64,000 nucleotides of DNA from Methylophaga sp. 42_25_T18 (GTDB lineage Bacteria > Pseudomonadota > Gammaproteobacteria > Nitrosococcales > Methylophagaceae), in contig MAAJ01000002.1 of NCBI GenBank assembly GCA_002163085.1, positions 22,367 to 86,366 of the forward strand, written 5' to 3'. Position 1 is the stretch's first letter; each line of letters opens with the position of its first letter. The notes beneath the pieces were generated by a model. It was not told where the DNA came from. It worked only from the letters and a program-made list of their open reading frames with translations, and ran no database searches. Positions 19,486 through 29,294 of the stretch are shown here, piece by piece. The position numbers and the translations under genes were made by a program.

Positions 19486-21066
19486 TTATGCTTGTTGAAA
19501 CCGTTGAATCATATCGGTTAGATTATGCGATTGTTCGGCTAATGTTCCGGCGGCAATATCGGCCGAACTGACACCGGTGAGCACATTTTCTGCGCCACCG
19601 TTAATGTGCACGATATTTTGATTGATTTCCTCACTAACGGCACTTTGTTGTTCTACAGCAGTGGCAATTTGAATATTAAGCTCATTCATGCCACTGACTT
19701 GATCTGCGATGAGGCTGAGAGAATCAATAGCGCTGGAGATTTCCATTTCACTCTCATTTGCAGATTTCTGACTGTGACTCATCACTGATACAGCTTGTTC
19801 GACAGCGATATTTAAGTTAGCGATTAATTTCTGAATTTCTGCGGTGGAATCTTGTGTTCTTCCAGCTAAGGTTCTCACTTCCGCGGCCACTACAGAAAAA
19901 CCTCGACCTTGCTCACCAGCACGCGCCGCTTCAATGGCAGCATTTAATGCTAACAAGTTAGTTTGTTCGGCAATGCCTTTGATGACATCAACTACCGTAC
20001 CAATGTTTTGAGTATCGGTATCGAGCTGGGAGACCACATTGGCAACATTCGTCATTGCCTGATTCAGTGTTTGTAATCCGCCTACTGCACCAGAAGCATG
20101 GCGTACACCTTCTTGTGAGTGGAGATCGGTTTCCTCCGTTTTTTGTGCGGCGTACGCTGCATTTCTAGCCACTTCTTGTACGGTAGCCGTCATTTCAGTC
20201 ATTGCTGTTGCCACTAAATCGGTTTCAGATGCTTGATTTTGTATTGAAGACTTTATATTGCTCAGTGCGTCAGCAGTATTATCAGCATGCTCTTCTATGT
20301 GGCTAGCTACCTCTTTGATTCGACCCAAGACTGTTCGGAGTTTAGCTTTGAGTAACTCGGCGGGTAATTGTATTTGACCTATTTCGTCAGATCGTCCGGT
20401 ATAGATAAGCGCCATTAAAGGATTATTAATGTCGTTGTTAGCCATTTTTACTGCGTGTTGTAAGGGAGAAAATGCCCATGTAGAACCTAGATAAAATACG
20501 GCAAGGCTGGTTATAGTTCCCAGTAATAATGGCAAGCCACTAATATCAGGACTGATAAAGCATGCCGAGACACCTGAAAATACTGAGATAGCATTTAATA
20601 AAATGCTGCGACTTTTTAACGTTAGTCGATCAAAAAAGTGGCCTAATTTTGGTGCGTTGCCGGCATTGAGTTGCATATAGATTTTGTCAGCGCGCGCCAC
20701 TCGTTCAGTCGATGGCTTTGTTCGCACAGACTCATAACCTATAACCTGACCTTTTTCTGAAATTGGCGAGACATAACCATCGACCCAATAATAATCGCCA
20801 TTTTTAGAACGGTTTTTTACTATGCCCATCCAATGTTTGTCGGCTTTCAAATGTTGCCATAAGTCAGCAAAAGCAGCTGGTGGCATATCTGGATGACGGA
20901 TCACATTATGATTTTTTCCGCTGAGTTCTTCAGGTTGGAAACCACTGATATCTAAGAAAGTTTTGTTAAAGCTGGTGAGGGTTCCTTTTAAGTCCGTTGT
21001 CGATATGATTTCTTCATTAATGGGGAAAGGAATTTTATTATTTGTAACAGGTAAATTATTTTTCAA
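19486..21066 (-). CDS. Aer-like PAS-domain methyl-accepting chemotaxis protein
   Basis: 526 aa. N-terminal PAS ([16 protein letters not shown]...[11 protein letters not shown]) and an MCP signalling domain ([26 protein letters not shown]). Confidence 0.9.
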   Translation of the reverse strand: MKNNLPVTNNKIPFPINEEIISTTDLKGTLTSFNKTFLDISGFQPEELSGKNHNVIRHPDMPPAAFADLWQHLKADKHWMGIVKNRSKNGDYYWVDGYVSPISEKGQVIGYESVRTKPSTERVARADKIYMQLNAGNAPKLGHFFDRLTLKSRSILLNAISVFSGVSACFISPDISGLPLLLGTITSLAVFYLGSTWAFSPLQHAVKMANNDINNPLMALIYTGRSDEIGQIQLPAELLKAKLRTVLGRIKEVASHIEEHADNTADALSNIKSSIQNQASETDLVATAMTEMTATVQEVARNAAYAAQKTEETDLHSQEGVRHASGAVGGLQTLNQAMTNVANVVSQLDTDTQNIGTVVDVIKGIAEQTNLLALNAAIEAARAGEQGRGFSVVAAEVRTLAGRTQDSTAEIQKLIANLNIAVEQAVSVMSHSQKSANESEMEISSAIDSLSLIADQVSGMNELNIQIATAVEQQSAVSEEINQNIVHINGGAENVLTGVSSADIAAGTLAEQSHNLTDMIQRFQQA

Positions 21067-21289
21067 TGTTGCTTAAATCCAAAGTAAGGCGCATGCCCTG
21101 ATTATGCTCAGGGTTTTAATTAACGATCCTGTTAATTTTGCGATTGGTGGCGTAAAGATGAACAATGGAAGATCTATATAAGGCCTCACATAAAATTACG
21201 CAGATCATACTCGTGTACGTAATGTCACTACATGATCTAGATCAAGATCTGGCTAGTTAATCAAACTAGTTGTCAGGAAGTTGTTGATT

Positions 21290-21440
21290 TAAAGTTGTTT
21301 AAATTCGACACAGAAAGTCATACCACCTTCGGCATTGTTAAAAGCGCATCTCGCCATCTAATAGTTCAACTAATTGTTGGCATATAGTCAAACCTATGCC
21401 GGTACTGTGAATGGGTTATTTTTCTTGGCCAAGTCGATTA
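21290..21440 (-). pseudogene. Decayed 3' remnant of a histidine kinase gene (HATPase_c C-terminus, frameshifted)
   Basis: Hand translation gives ..STGIGLTICQQLVELLDGEMRF(stop). After a +1 shift it reads NNAEGGMTFCVEFKQL. No upstream kinase body is present. Confidence 0.45.
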
Positions 21441-21457
21441 AGGCTAAGTTATTTGGT

Positions 21458-21862
21458 TCAATCCGTGAGGGACTGGTGAATTTTCTCTAACTCTTTTTTT
21501 GTAAGACTGCCGTAGAATTTAGGATATGACCAGCCATAACCCCAACGAAATTTGGTGGGTAGAAAAGGTGTGCCTCCGACTCTAACACCTGCCAACATTA
21601 CAAGGGCTATTTCTGGTTCACCAACTTGTTCAACGCAGCGTTTTAAGGCTTGGTCTGCCACCAGTCTTTCGCTGTAACTACCACCTTGCCAATAAGAATG
21701 ATCATGTGCCGTTCAACACGACAACCAAAGCGTATTCTGTTCCAACGTGCCATCAGGAAAGGCACTGCAACCGTCACTGGTAAAAGGCTTGATGGAATCA
21801 GCAAGAAGAGTAGGCGAAGTGATAAAGAAAACTAATAAAGTTAAAAATAATTTAGTGGTCAT
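21458..21862 (-). pseudogene. Secreted CxxHD (prokaryotic PLA2-like) small protein interrupted by in-frame TGA at 21713-21715
   Basis: Hand translation: MTTKLFLTLLVFFITSPTLLA (signal)...DGCSAFPDGTLEQNTLWLSC-TGA-TAHDHSYWQGG...; the same frame continues into track ORF 21458-21661. Confidence 0.5.
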
Positions 21863-22070
21863 CACTATCTCGGAGACGGTATGAATATTATGAGCTAACT
21901 AGTTTAAGAATACAGTATATGCAGGATGATAAGTACTTGAGTGTTTTAATAGGTTGATGAGGGTTTGGGTATAACTTAAGCTCGCCAATTCAATGGCTTG
22001 ACTAACTTGAGTTTTACTCTAAATAGGCATATTGTGTTAATAAAAACCTTATTGAAATAAGGAGCCGGAT

Positions 22071-23534
22071 ATGGGCGTTATCGTTCTCGATAGTGAATTC
22101 TGTATAGAAGGTATTGACCGGCAAACCGCACAATTATTTGGTTATGATCATAAAGAGTTTTGTGGTCAAGCACTGAGTACATTCATCCCTGATTTTGATA
22201 AAGAGAAATATCAAGTTGAGCAGGGTGTTCTTAATACAAAAATAACCGAACAAAAAGCCAAGACTAAAAGTGGAGATATTTTTAGTCTTGATTATGGCGT
22301 CAACGAAGTCTCACAAGTAGAAAAAAAATCTTATGTTGTGACGATAGGTTTGTGTAGTCCAGCACTCTCTGATTCTGAAATTCGGCAACAGAACTTCAAA
22401 AATCAAGCTCAAGCTCAAGCTCAGGGTCATGACTGGTTAAAGTACCTACTCCGTTCTGGTCCCGTTGTTATATACAGTTGTATACCTTCTGGGCAATTTC
22501 CAACGATGTTTATCAGTGAAAATATCAAGCTTTTAACTGGCTACACACCTGAACAATATCTTGCCAGTCCTTCTTTCTGGCTAGATCATTTGCATCCTGA
22601 AGACAAAGAAGAGTTGCTTGCTGAAATGTCGGAGTTATTTTCTACCGATAAAAGCTTGTCCTATGAATACCGATTTTTATGTGCGGATGGCAGTTATATT
22701 TGGGTGTTAGATAAGCTAAAAGTTTATTATGACGATCACGGTCAGCCCACGGAAATGTTAGGGCTATGGCTTGATATCAGCCAACGGAAAAATGATGAAG
22801 AGTTACAAGCTGCGACTAATTTATTGCTCAAAAGAAAAACAGATGAGTTGCAGGACTCGAATGCAGAACTATCACAATTCACCTATGTGGTATCACATGA
22901 TTTAAAGGCCCCCTTAAGAGCGATCCACAGTTACTGCGATTGGTTGAGTGAAGACTTAGAAGGTAAGTTGGAACCTGAACAGCAAGAATATATCTCAGGT
23001 ATGCAAGATGCCGTGGAGGAATCTGAAACGTTGATTGAGGATTTGTTGGAGTTATCTAGAGTGGGCCGCCGGGCGGTTGAAGTCGAGGATGTAAATTTAA
23101 CTGATTTTTTCAGGGCGTTGACTAAAAAGGTCTTAGCCGATGAGCAGGTTGAGGTGGAGATAGATGAAGACATGCCTACCATTAATGTATCTCTCACTAT
23201 TTTGGCTCAAGTATTTCAAAATCTGATCACTAATGCGGTTGTTTACAATAAATCAGATACCAAAAACATAAAAATTAGCGGTCATGAAAATGGTGATAAC
23301 TACGCTGTTTCAGTTGCTGATAATGGTATTGGCATTGATGAAAAATACCATGAGCGTGTTTTTCAATTATTTCAGCGGTTGCATACAAAAGAGGAATACG
23401 ACGGAACGGGTATAGGGCTTGCGATTGTTCATAAGGCCGTTACGCATCTTGATTGGTCAATTGCTTTAAATTCAAGCTTAAATAATGGCTCGACATTTTC
23501 CGTTTACTTCCCCATAAAGGAGGTTAAATCATGA
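22071..23534 (+). CDS. Cytoplasmic PAS-PAS sensor histidine kinase
   Basis: 487 aa. H-box VSHDLKAPLRAI, N-box NAVVYN, G-box GTGIGLAI. Confidence 0.9.
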   Translation: MGVIVLDSEFCIEGIDRQTAQLFGYDHKEFCGQALSTFIPDFDKEKYQVEQGVLNTKITEQKAKTKSGDIFSLDYGVNEVSQVEKKSYVVTIGLCSPALSDSEIRQQNFKNQAQAQAQGHDWLKYLLRSGPVVIYSCIPSGQFPTMFISENIKLLTGYTPEQYLASPSFWLDHLHPEDKEELLAEMSELFSTDKSLSYEYRFLCADGSYIWVLDKLKVYYDDHGQPTEMLGLWLDISQRKNDEELQAATNLLLKRKTDELQDSNAELSQFTYVVSHDLKAPLRAIHSYCDWLSEDLEGKLEPEQQEYISGMQDAVEESETLIEDLLELSRVGRRAVEVEDVNLTDFFRALTKKVLADEQVEVEIDEDMPTINVSLTILAQVFQNLITNAVVYNKSDTKNIKISGHENGDNYAVSVADNGIGIDEKYHERVFQLFQRLHTKEEYDGTGIGLAIVHKAVTHLDWSIALNSSLNNGSTFSVYFPIKEVKS

Positions 23535-23965
23535 GTAATATATTGCCTATTCTGTTGGCTGAAGACAGTAAACATGATGTCATGACGGTTCAGCGAGCCT
23601 GGAAAATTCACAATATTCCTAACGAACTGATTGTCGTCAACGATGGTGAAGAGTGCCTTGATTATTTACATCAGAGGGGGCCTTATGCCCCACCTGCAGC
23701 AGCCCCTTTTCCCTGCGTATTGTTATTAGATATTAATATGCCTAAGCTAAACGGGCTTGAAGTATTGCGAGAAATTCGTGCCGATCCAGTCTTAAAGTGC
23801 CTGCCTGTAGTGGTATTAACCACCTCAAAACGAGACGAAGATCTGATGGAAAGTTATGATCTTAATGTTAATGCCTATGTGACTAAACCCTTACATTTTG
23901 AGGATTTTTCTGCGGCCATTAATACTATTTATGAATTCTGGCAAATAGCCGAGCAGCCTTTATAG
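23531..23965 (+). CDS. Single-domain response regulator (REC only)
   Basis: 144 aa. LLAEDS, LLLDINMP (acceptor Asp), VVLTTS and KP. Overlaps the kinase stop by 4 nt. Confidence 0.9.
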   Translation: MSNILPILLAEDSKHDVMTVQRAWKIHNIPNELIVVNDGEECLDYLHQRGPYAPPAAAPFPCVLLLDINMPKLNGLEVLREIRADPVLKCLPVVVLTTSKRDEDLMESYDLNVNAYVTKPLHFEDFSAAINTIYEFWQIAEQPL

Positions 23966-23979
23966 TGGGTAACTACGGT

Positions 23980-26913
23980 ATGGATTCAAAAACACTTAAT
24001 ATTCTTGTTGCCGAAGATAGTGAGCATGATTTTAAACAAATTAAGCGGGCTTTCAGTAAGTGTAATTATTCAGTCAACATCATTCATTGCATTGAGGCTG
24101 AAGCAGCAGTAGACATTGTTAATAATCAAGATGTGATGATTGATATATTGGTGTCTGATTACATGATGCCAGGTAAAACGGGCCTTGAATTAGCTGAGCA
24201 ACTGCTTAAGCAGGATGTACCATTTCCAATCATTTTGTTGACGGGGGAAGGGGATGAAAATATTGCAGTAAAAGCGATAAAGCTTGGTGTGTATGATTAC
24301 ATATCGAAAGATAGTGATGCTATTTTTATTGAATTATTACCGGAGGCGGTTAGTAAGGCCATCCAAAATTATGGCACCCAAGCTGAACTAAAAGCATCCC
24401 AAGAAAAAAATCAACGTTTATCTTTGGCTTTATCACAAAGTCAGAGTGCAATTACCATCGTTGACTTGAAGCAAAATGTAATTTACGTGAATTTTCGAGC
24501 TGAGCAATTAAGTGGTTACTCATCCGGTGAAGTGATAAATCAGGATCTTGTTAAAATTTATGGCAGAGCAAACAAAGAGTTTGATGTTCGCTTGATGTGG
24601 TATCGAGTTTTAACGGGTAGATATCAAGAATGTGAGTTAAAAAAATATAATAAAAAGGGTGAAAGTTATTGGGTTACTTTGTCGATGACGGCGATAAAAG
24701 GTGAGGAATCCGAAATTGCCTTTGTGCTGGTGGTTGAAGATAGCATTGATGAGAAACGTAGAATCAAACAATTAGAAGATGATATTCAATACCGAATTGA
24801 AACAGAGGGCCAACTTAGGGAGTCAAAAGAAAAAGAAAAACAGGCATCTGAGAGGTTGGCCTTAAAAGTGGAAGAACTTAGTTTTCAGAAAAATGCACTG
24901 GATGAACATGCGATAGTAAGTATCACCGATGAGCAAGGTGATATTGTCTATGTGAATGATAAGTTTAGTGAGATTAGTCAATATTCACAGGATGAATTGC
25001 TGGGTAATAGTCACCGGTTATTAAAATCAGATTTTCATCCTGACACCTTCTTTCATGCACTGTGGCGCACTATTTCTAAGGGTGATGTGTGGCATGGTGA
25101 AATCCATAATAAAGCGAAAGATGGATCTTATTATTGGCTTTCTTCTACTATCGTGCCCATGCTGGATGAAGCAGGGGAGCCAAAACAGTATATTTCGATC
25201 AACACGGATATTACCGACAGTAAAGAGCAGCAAAAAGTCCTAGAGACGATGGCTCATTATGATCTATTAACCCAGCTGCCCAATCGTATTTTACTTTCTG
25301 ATCGTTTTAATCAAGCAATCGCCCACAGTAAACGTTCGGAAACGTCCATGGCTATTTGCTTTCTTGATTTGGATGATTTTAAGCCGATTAATGATACCTA
25401 TGGCCATGAAGTCGGCGATGCTCTGCTTATCGAGGTGGCTGAGCGAATTACAACGACGATTCGAGAAGAAGATACCGTTTCCCGTCACGGCGGGGATGAA
25501 TTCATCATGCTGCTTAGTAATGTCGTGAGTATTTTAGAATGTGAAAAATTATTAGATAGAATCATTAAGGCGTTGGCAGAGCCCTATATGATGGGTGAAC
25601 AAGAGATTAATATCAGTGCATCTATTGGTTATACCCTCTACCCATCAGATGATGAAGATTTTGATACTTTAGTTCGTCATGCTGATCATGCTATGTATCA
25701 AGCTAAACTGGCTGGCCGCAATACATTTAATCGATATGATGCCGTTGAAGATCAACAAAATATTCAACAACTCTCAGATTTACATGAGATCGAAGGCTCG
25801 ATGAAAAATAAGGACTTTTGTCTGCATTATCAACCAAAAGTTAATATGAAAACGGGCGAACTATTTGGCCTAGAGGCACTCATCCGCTGGCAACACCCAG
25901 AAAAAGGCATGGTATATCCTCTTGAGTTTCTGCCAATAGCGGCGGGATCTAGTACAGAAATTGAGATGGGTAACTGGGTGATTAATGAAGCCATGCAACA
26001 ATTATATAATTGGAAGTTACAGGGACATGACTTAGAAGTGAGTGTCAATATTTCTGCTTACCACCTGTTATCGGCTTCTTTCTTTGAGGAGTTAAAAGCA
26101 GCATTAGCAAACTATCCTGATATAGAGCCGCAATACCTACAGTTGGAAATATTAGAAAATAGTGCCCTAGGTGACATTAATAAAATCAATGCGACGATTA
26201 AGTTATGCCAAGAGACATTAGGTGTCACCACTGCTCTAGATGATTTTGGAACAGGGTATTCTTCATTGACACATCTTAGAAACCTCGATGTTAATACCAT
26301 AAAAATTGATCAGAGCTTTGTCAGAGATATGCTGGATGACCCAGATGACTATGCCATTATTGATGGCATCATTGGTTTGGCCGACGCCTTTAATCGCGAA
26401 ATCGTCGCGGAAGGTGTTGAAACCACTGAGCATGGTCTAATGTTACTTAATATGGGCTGTGAAGAAGCTCAGGGTTACAGTATTGCCAAGCCTATGCCTG
26501 CAGGAGATGTACTAACTTGGCTAGCTCAATATGTGCCTAATCAAGAATGGATAGATTTTGGCAAACACTCACTGACGATACAAGAAAGCAGAAAAGCCTT
26601 ATTTGAATTTGCACTCAAACACTGGGCGCATCAAATTGAGGATAATCTCAATTCGTCACCAGAAAGCCTTAAACATTGGCCTATTCTAGACAGTAAAAAA
26701 ACATCTTGTGGTGTTTGGATTAAGCGAGAAAAACGAACTCATCTATTATTTGACGAGGACTGGTTAAATGAGATCGATGAATTAAATGAAAATGTAACAG
26801 TAATTGCCAATCAGTTGATGAATAACTACCAGTCTGGCAAGTTCGATGTTATTCGGGGTGGTTTAGCGAACCTGCAAGCGGCCGTTGATAAAATTGAAAT
26901 GGTTTTACATTGA
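23980..26913 (+). CDS. REC-PAS-PAS-GGDEF-EAL c-di-GMP signalling protein with C-terminal CZB-like extension
   Basis: REC (VAEDS...VSDYMMPG), GGDEF (HGGDEFIM), EAL (EALIRW...DDFGTGYSSL...EGVET...QGY). The tail is homologous to that of 16288-19416. ATG at 23980; an alternative GTG is at 23965. Confidence 0.9.
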   Translation: MDSKTLNILVAEDSEHDFKQIKRAFSKCNYSVNIIHCIEAEAAVDIVNNQDVMIDILVSDYMMPGKTGLELAEQLLKQDVPFPIILLTGEGDENIAVKAIKLGVYDYISKDSDAIFIELLPEAVSKAIQNYGTQAELKASQEKNQRLSLALSQSQSAITIVDLKQNVIYVNFRAEQLSGYSSGEVINQDLVKIYGRANKEFDVRLMWYRVLTGRYQECELKKYNKKGESYWVTLSMTAIKGEESEIAFVLVVEDSIDEKRRIKQLEDDIQYRIETEGQLRESKEKEKQASERLALKVEELSFQKNALDEHAIVSITDEQGDIVYVNDKFSEISQYSQDELLGNSHRLLKSDFHPDTFFHALWRTISKGDVWHGEIHNKAKDGSYYWLSSTIVPMLDEAGEPKQYISINTDITDSKEQQKVLETMAHYDLLTQLPNRILLSDRFNQAIAHSKRSETSMAICFLDLDDFKPINDTYGHEVGDALLIEVAERITTTIREEDTVSRHGGDEFIMLLSNVVSILECEKLLDRIIKALAEPYMMGEQEINISASIGYTLYPSDDEDFDTLVRHADHAMYQAKLAGRNTFNRYDAVEDQQNIQQLSDLHEIEGSMKNKDFCLHYQPKVNMKTGELFGLEALIRWQHPEKGMVYPLEFLPIAAGSSTEIEMGNWVINEAMQQLYNWKLQGHDLEVSVNISAYHLLSASFFEELKAALANYPDIEPQYLQLEILENSALGDINKINATIKLCQETLGVTTALDDFGTGYSSLTHLRNLDVNTIKIDQSFVRDMLDDPDDYAIIDGIIGLADAFNREIVAEGVETTEHGLMLLNMGCEEAQGYSIAKPMPAGDVLTWLAQYVPNQEWIDFGKHSLTIQESRKALFEFALKHWAHQIEDNLNSSPESLKHWPILDSKKTSCGVWIKREKRTHLLFDEDWLNEIDELNENVTVIANQLMNNYQSGKFDVIRGGLANLQAAVDKIEMVLH

Positions 26914-26958
26914 GCTAGAGCAATATTGAGCTCACTAAGCTCAAGCTTCATGGCAGTG

Positions 26959-27291
26959 TTAATTGTCACGAAGGCACGGTAAGCTCATGAAAAACTTAGT
27001 TCCTTTCCCTAACGCAGATTCCACTGTCATCTCACTACCATGATCTTCAGTAATGATGAAAAAAGACACACTCAATCCTAAGCCTGTACCTACGCCCACG
27101 GGTTTGGTAGTAAAGAAAGGTTCAAAGATACGGTTACGTATTTTTTCATCGATGCAGGGACCATTATCTTCGATGGTCACTGTGACCATGTTTAATGTAG
27201 TGTCATAAGCCGTCTTTAAGGTAATAGTTGCTTGTGTGGTCCCTGTTTCTGACATTGCTTGGCCACCATTACGCAATAAGTTCAAAAACAC
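26959..27291 (-). pseudogene. Truncated histidine kinase (HATPase_c domain only; sensor and HisKA missing)
   Basis: N-box-like LNLLRNGGQA, G-boxes DNGPCI and GTGLGLSV. An in-frame TGA lies about 30 nt upstream of the ORF, so no H-box can be encoded. Confidence 0.6.
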
Positions 27292-27520
27292 CTGTTGTAT
27301 TTTGCCTTCTGCCCAATTCTTTCATTGACTGAATAACGATATTCCTCTCATCGTTGATGACTTCAGATTTGGTCAGTAATAAATTTTCTTAATTATTAAT
27401 TAATAGTGCTACTATTACTGATTTTCAATTTGTACGCTATATGGAAATAAAATAGGACAGGTATTCTATTTTTTCTCCATTTGACTACGAATTAAGCAAG
27501 TAAGATGAAGGGATTCTGGA

Positions 27521-28276
27521 GTGGTAACGTTACAAATTGAGTCATGGGCTGCAATAGCTCCTGGACTTGAAACTAAAGAAGACTGGAGGCGGTGGTTAAA
27601 AAAACCAACCCTCTTACCCGAAGGTTTTAGTAAAGATTCCTTTCGACAAATACCTCCTATGTTACGGCGTCGATTTACCACTCTTGGGCGATGTGCCGTT
27701 ACCGCTGGCCTAAAAATCATGGATGAGGGGCAGTCAATCCCTAGCATTTTTTCATCTCGTTATGGTGATACCGCGATCTCTCTTTCGTTGTTGGAGCAAA
27801 TGGGAATGAATGAACCCATGTCTCCTTCTAATTTTAGTTTAGCAGTCCACAATGCAGTAGGCGGCTTATTTTCAATTGTTCGTAAAGATACGAGCAAGGT
27901 CACATCGATCACAGCGGTAGAAGGTTTTGTCGTTAACACATTATTAGAGGCCGTCGGGCAGCTGCAAGAGTCTGATAGGGTGCTCTGTGTTATTTATGAC
28001 ATTCCATTACCAGAATTATATCAACGCTATTGTGATAGCGATTTATTTCCCTATGCCATTGCTATGATTCTTAACAAGACGGGTGATGAGCAATTAAAAA
28101 TTGAACAGATTATACAACCAGATAACATTGAAAAAATCACCGAAAACTCACAAAAATCAGAGGCACTTCAACTTATCAATATGTTGACAGGTCTTTCGAG
28201 TGAAATGAATACGAAATTAAACGGAGTTATTTGGAAACTCACAAGGACTGTATGTAATGGTACTGAAAAAGCTTAA
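27521..28276 (+). CDS. apeC: Ketosynthase-like chain-length-factor subunit (no Cys-His-His triad), APE cluster
   Basis: 251 aa with KS N-terminal-like fold signatures (SPSNFSLAVHNAVGG) but no active-site Cys motif. GTG start. First gene of the cluster. Confidence 0.65.
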   Translation: MVTLQIESWAAIAPGLETKEDWRRWLKKPTLLPEGFSKDSFRQIPPMLRRRFTTLGRCAVTAGLKIMDEGQSIPSIFSSRYGDTAISLSLLEQMGMNEPMSPSNFSLAVHNAVGGLFSIVRKDTSKVTSITAVEGFVVNTLLEAVGQLQESDRVLCVIYDIPLPELYQRYCDSDLFPYAIAMILNKTGDEQLKIEQIIQPDNIEKITENSQKSEALQLINMLTGLSSEMNTKLNGVIWKLTRTVCNGTEKA

Positions 28277-29030
28277 TTATATCTGGCGTTGGTTTGCAAC
28301 AGCGTTCAGTTTTCTTGTTTTTGGCTTAGGGGGCGTTTTAATGCCACTTCTTGTTGTGCCTATTCTATATTTATTGCCAGGAAACCGATTACAAAGAGAA
28401 CATCGAGGGCAAAAATTCATCCATTATTCATTTCGTGCATTTATCTGGACGCTGGAAAAAATGGGCGTTCTGACATATGAAGTTACTGGGATTGAAAAAT
28501 TAAAGGATGCGAAGTTAGTTCTAGCGAACCATCCATCTTTGTTGGACATTGTTTTTTTAATCGCTTGTGTTCCAAATGCAAATTGTGTGGTCAAAAGTAA
28601 ATTACTTCGAAACCCCTTCATTCGTGGGCCAGTAAAAGCGGCTGGATATATTATTAATAATGATGAAGCAGAAGCTGTCATTACTACTGCAGCACAAGTA
28701 TTCGATGAAGGAAGAGTGGTGATTGTTTTTCCTGAAGGTACGAGAACGACACCATCACAGAAAATTCAACTTAAGCGTGGCGCAGCAAATATAGCAATCA
28801 GGACGGGGGCAGAAATTACGCCTGTGCTCATTGACTGTTCGCCAACAACATTAACGAAAGAAAACCGTTGGTATCAAATACCAGATAAACGGATGCATTT
28901 TACAATACAGGTGAAAGATAAGTTGGATTTCGGTCCGTCTATAGTGAATCTACCACCATCGAAAGCAGCAAGAAATTTAACAAATACTTTGAGTGAATAT
29001 TTTAACGGGGAGGTTGGTGTGTATGAGTAA
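28257..29030 (+). CDS. apeD: Lysophospholipid (PlsC-type) acyltransferase
   Basis: HX4D motif NHPSLLD and FPEGTRT. N-terminal TM helix. Confidence 0.75.
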   Translation: MVLKKLNYIWRWFATAFSFLVFGLGGVLMPLLVVPILYLLPGNRLQREHRGQKFIHYSFRAFIWTLEKMGVLTYEVTGIEKLKDAKLVLANHPSLLDIVFLIACVPNANCVVKSKLLRNPFIRGPVKAAGYIINNDEAEAVITTAAQVFDEGRVVIVFPEGTRTTPSQKIQLKRGAANIAIRTGAEITPVLIDCSPTTLTKENRWYQIPDKRMHFTIQVKDKLDFGPSIVNLPPSKAARNLTNTLSEYFNGEVGVYE

Positions 29031-29283
29031 TCTACACTTAGAAATTAAGCAGATGATAATTGACGTTCTAGATTTAGAAGATATAGATGTAGAAGACATT
29101 GTCGACGAGGAGCCTTTATTTGTTGAGGGTTTAGGGCTTGATTCTATCGATGCATTAGAAATCGGTCTTGCCTTACAAAAACGTTATGACATTAAATTAA
29201 AAGCTGACTCAGAAGATACGCGACAACATTTTGTTAGTGTTAATGCATTAGTGACATTAGTTGAATCGTACACAACGAAATAA
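29023..29283 (+). CDS. apeE: Acyl carrier protein 1
   Basis: 86 aa with the LGLDSIDALE phosphopantetheine Ser motif. The ATG overlaps the apeD stop (ATGAGTAA). Confidence 0.8.
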   Translation: MSNLHLEIKQMIIDVLDLEDIDVEDIVDEEPLFVEGLGLDSIDALEIGLALQKRYDIKLKADSEDTRQHFVSVNALVTLVESYTTK

Positions 29284-29294
29284 AGAGAGTAGTA

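Noticed and set aside
21713-21715. TGA read as selenocysteine
   Set aside because: I could not fold a convincing SECIS hairpin in the about 40 nt downstream, and the replaced Cys is expected to be structural (disulfide) rather than redox-catalytic. A nonsense mutation is the simpler reading. It is still flagged for checking.
22404-22424. (CAAGCT)x3 tandem hexanucleotide repeat inside the PAS kinase gene
   Set aside because: It is in-frame (QAQAQAQ) in an interdomain linker. The unit length is a multiple of 3, so slippage would not switch the gene off. It is too short to call phase variation.
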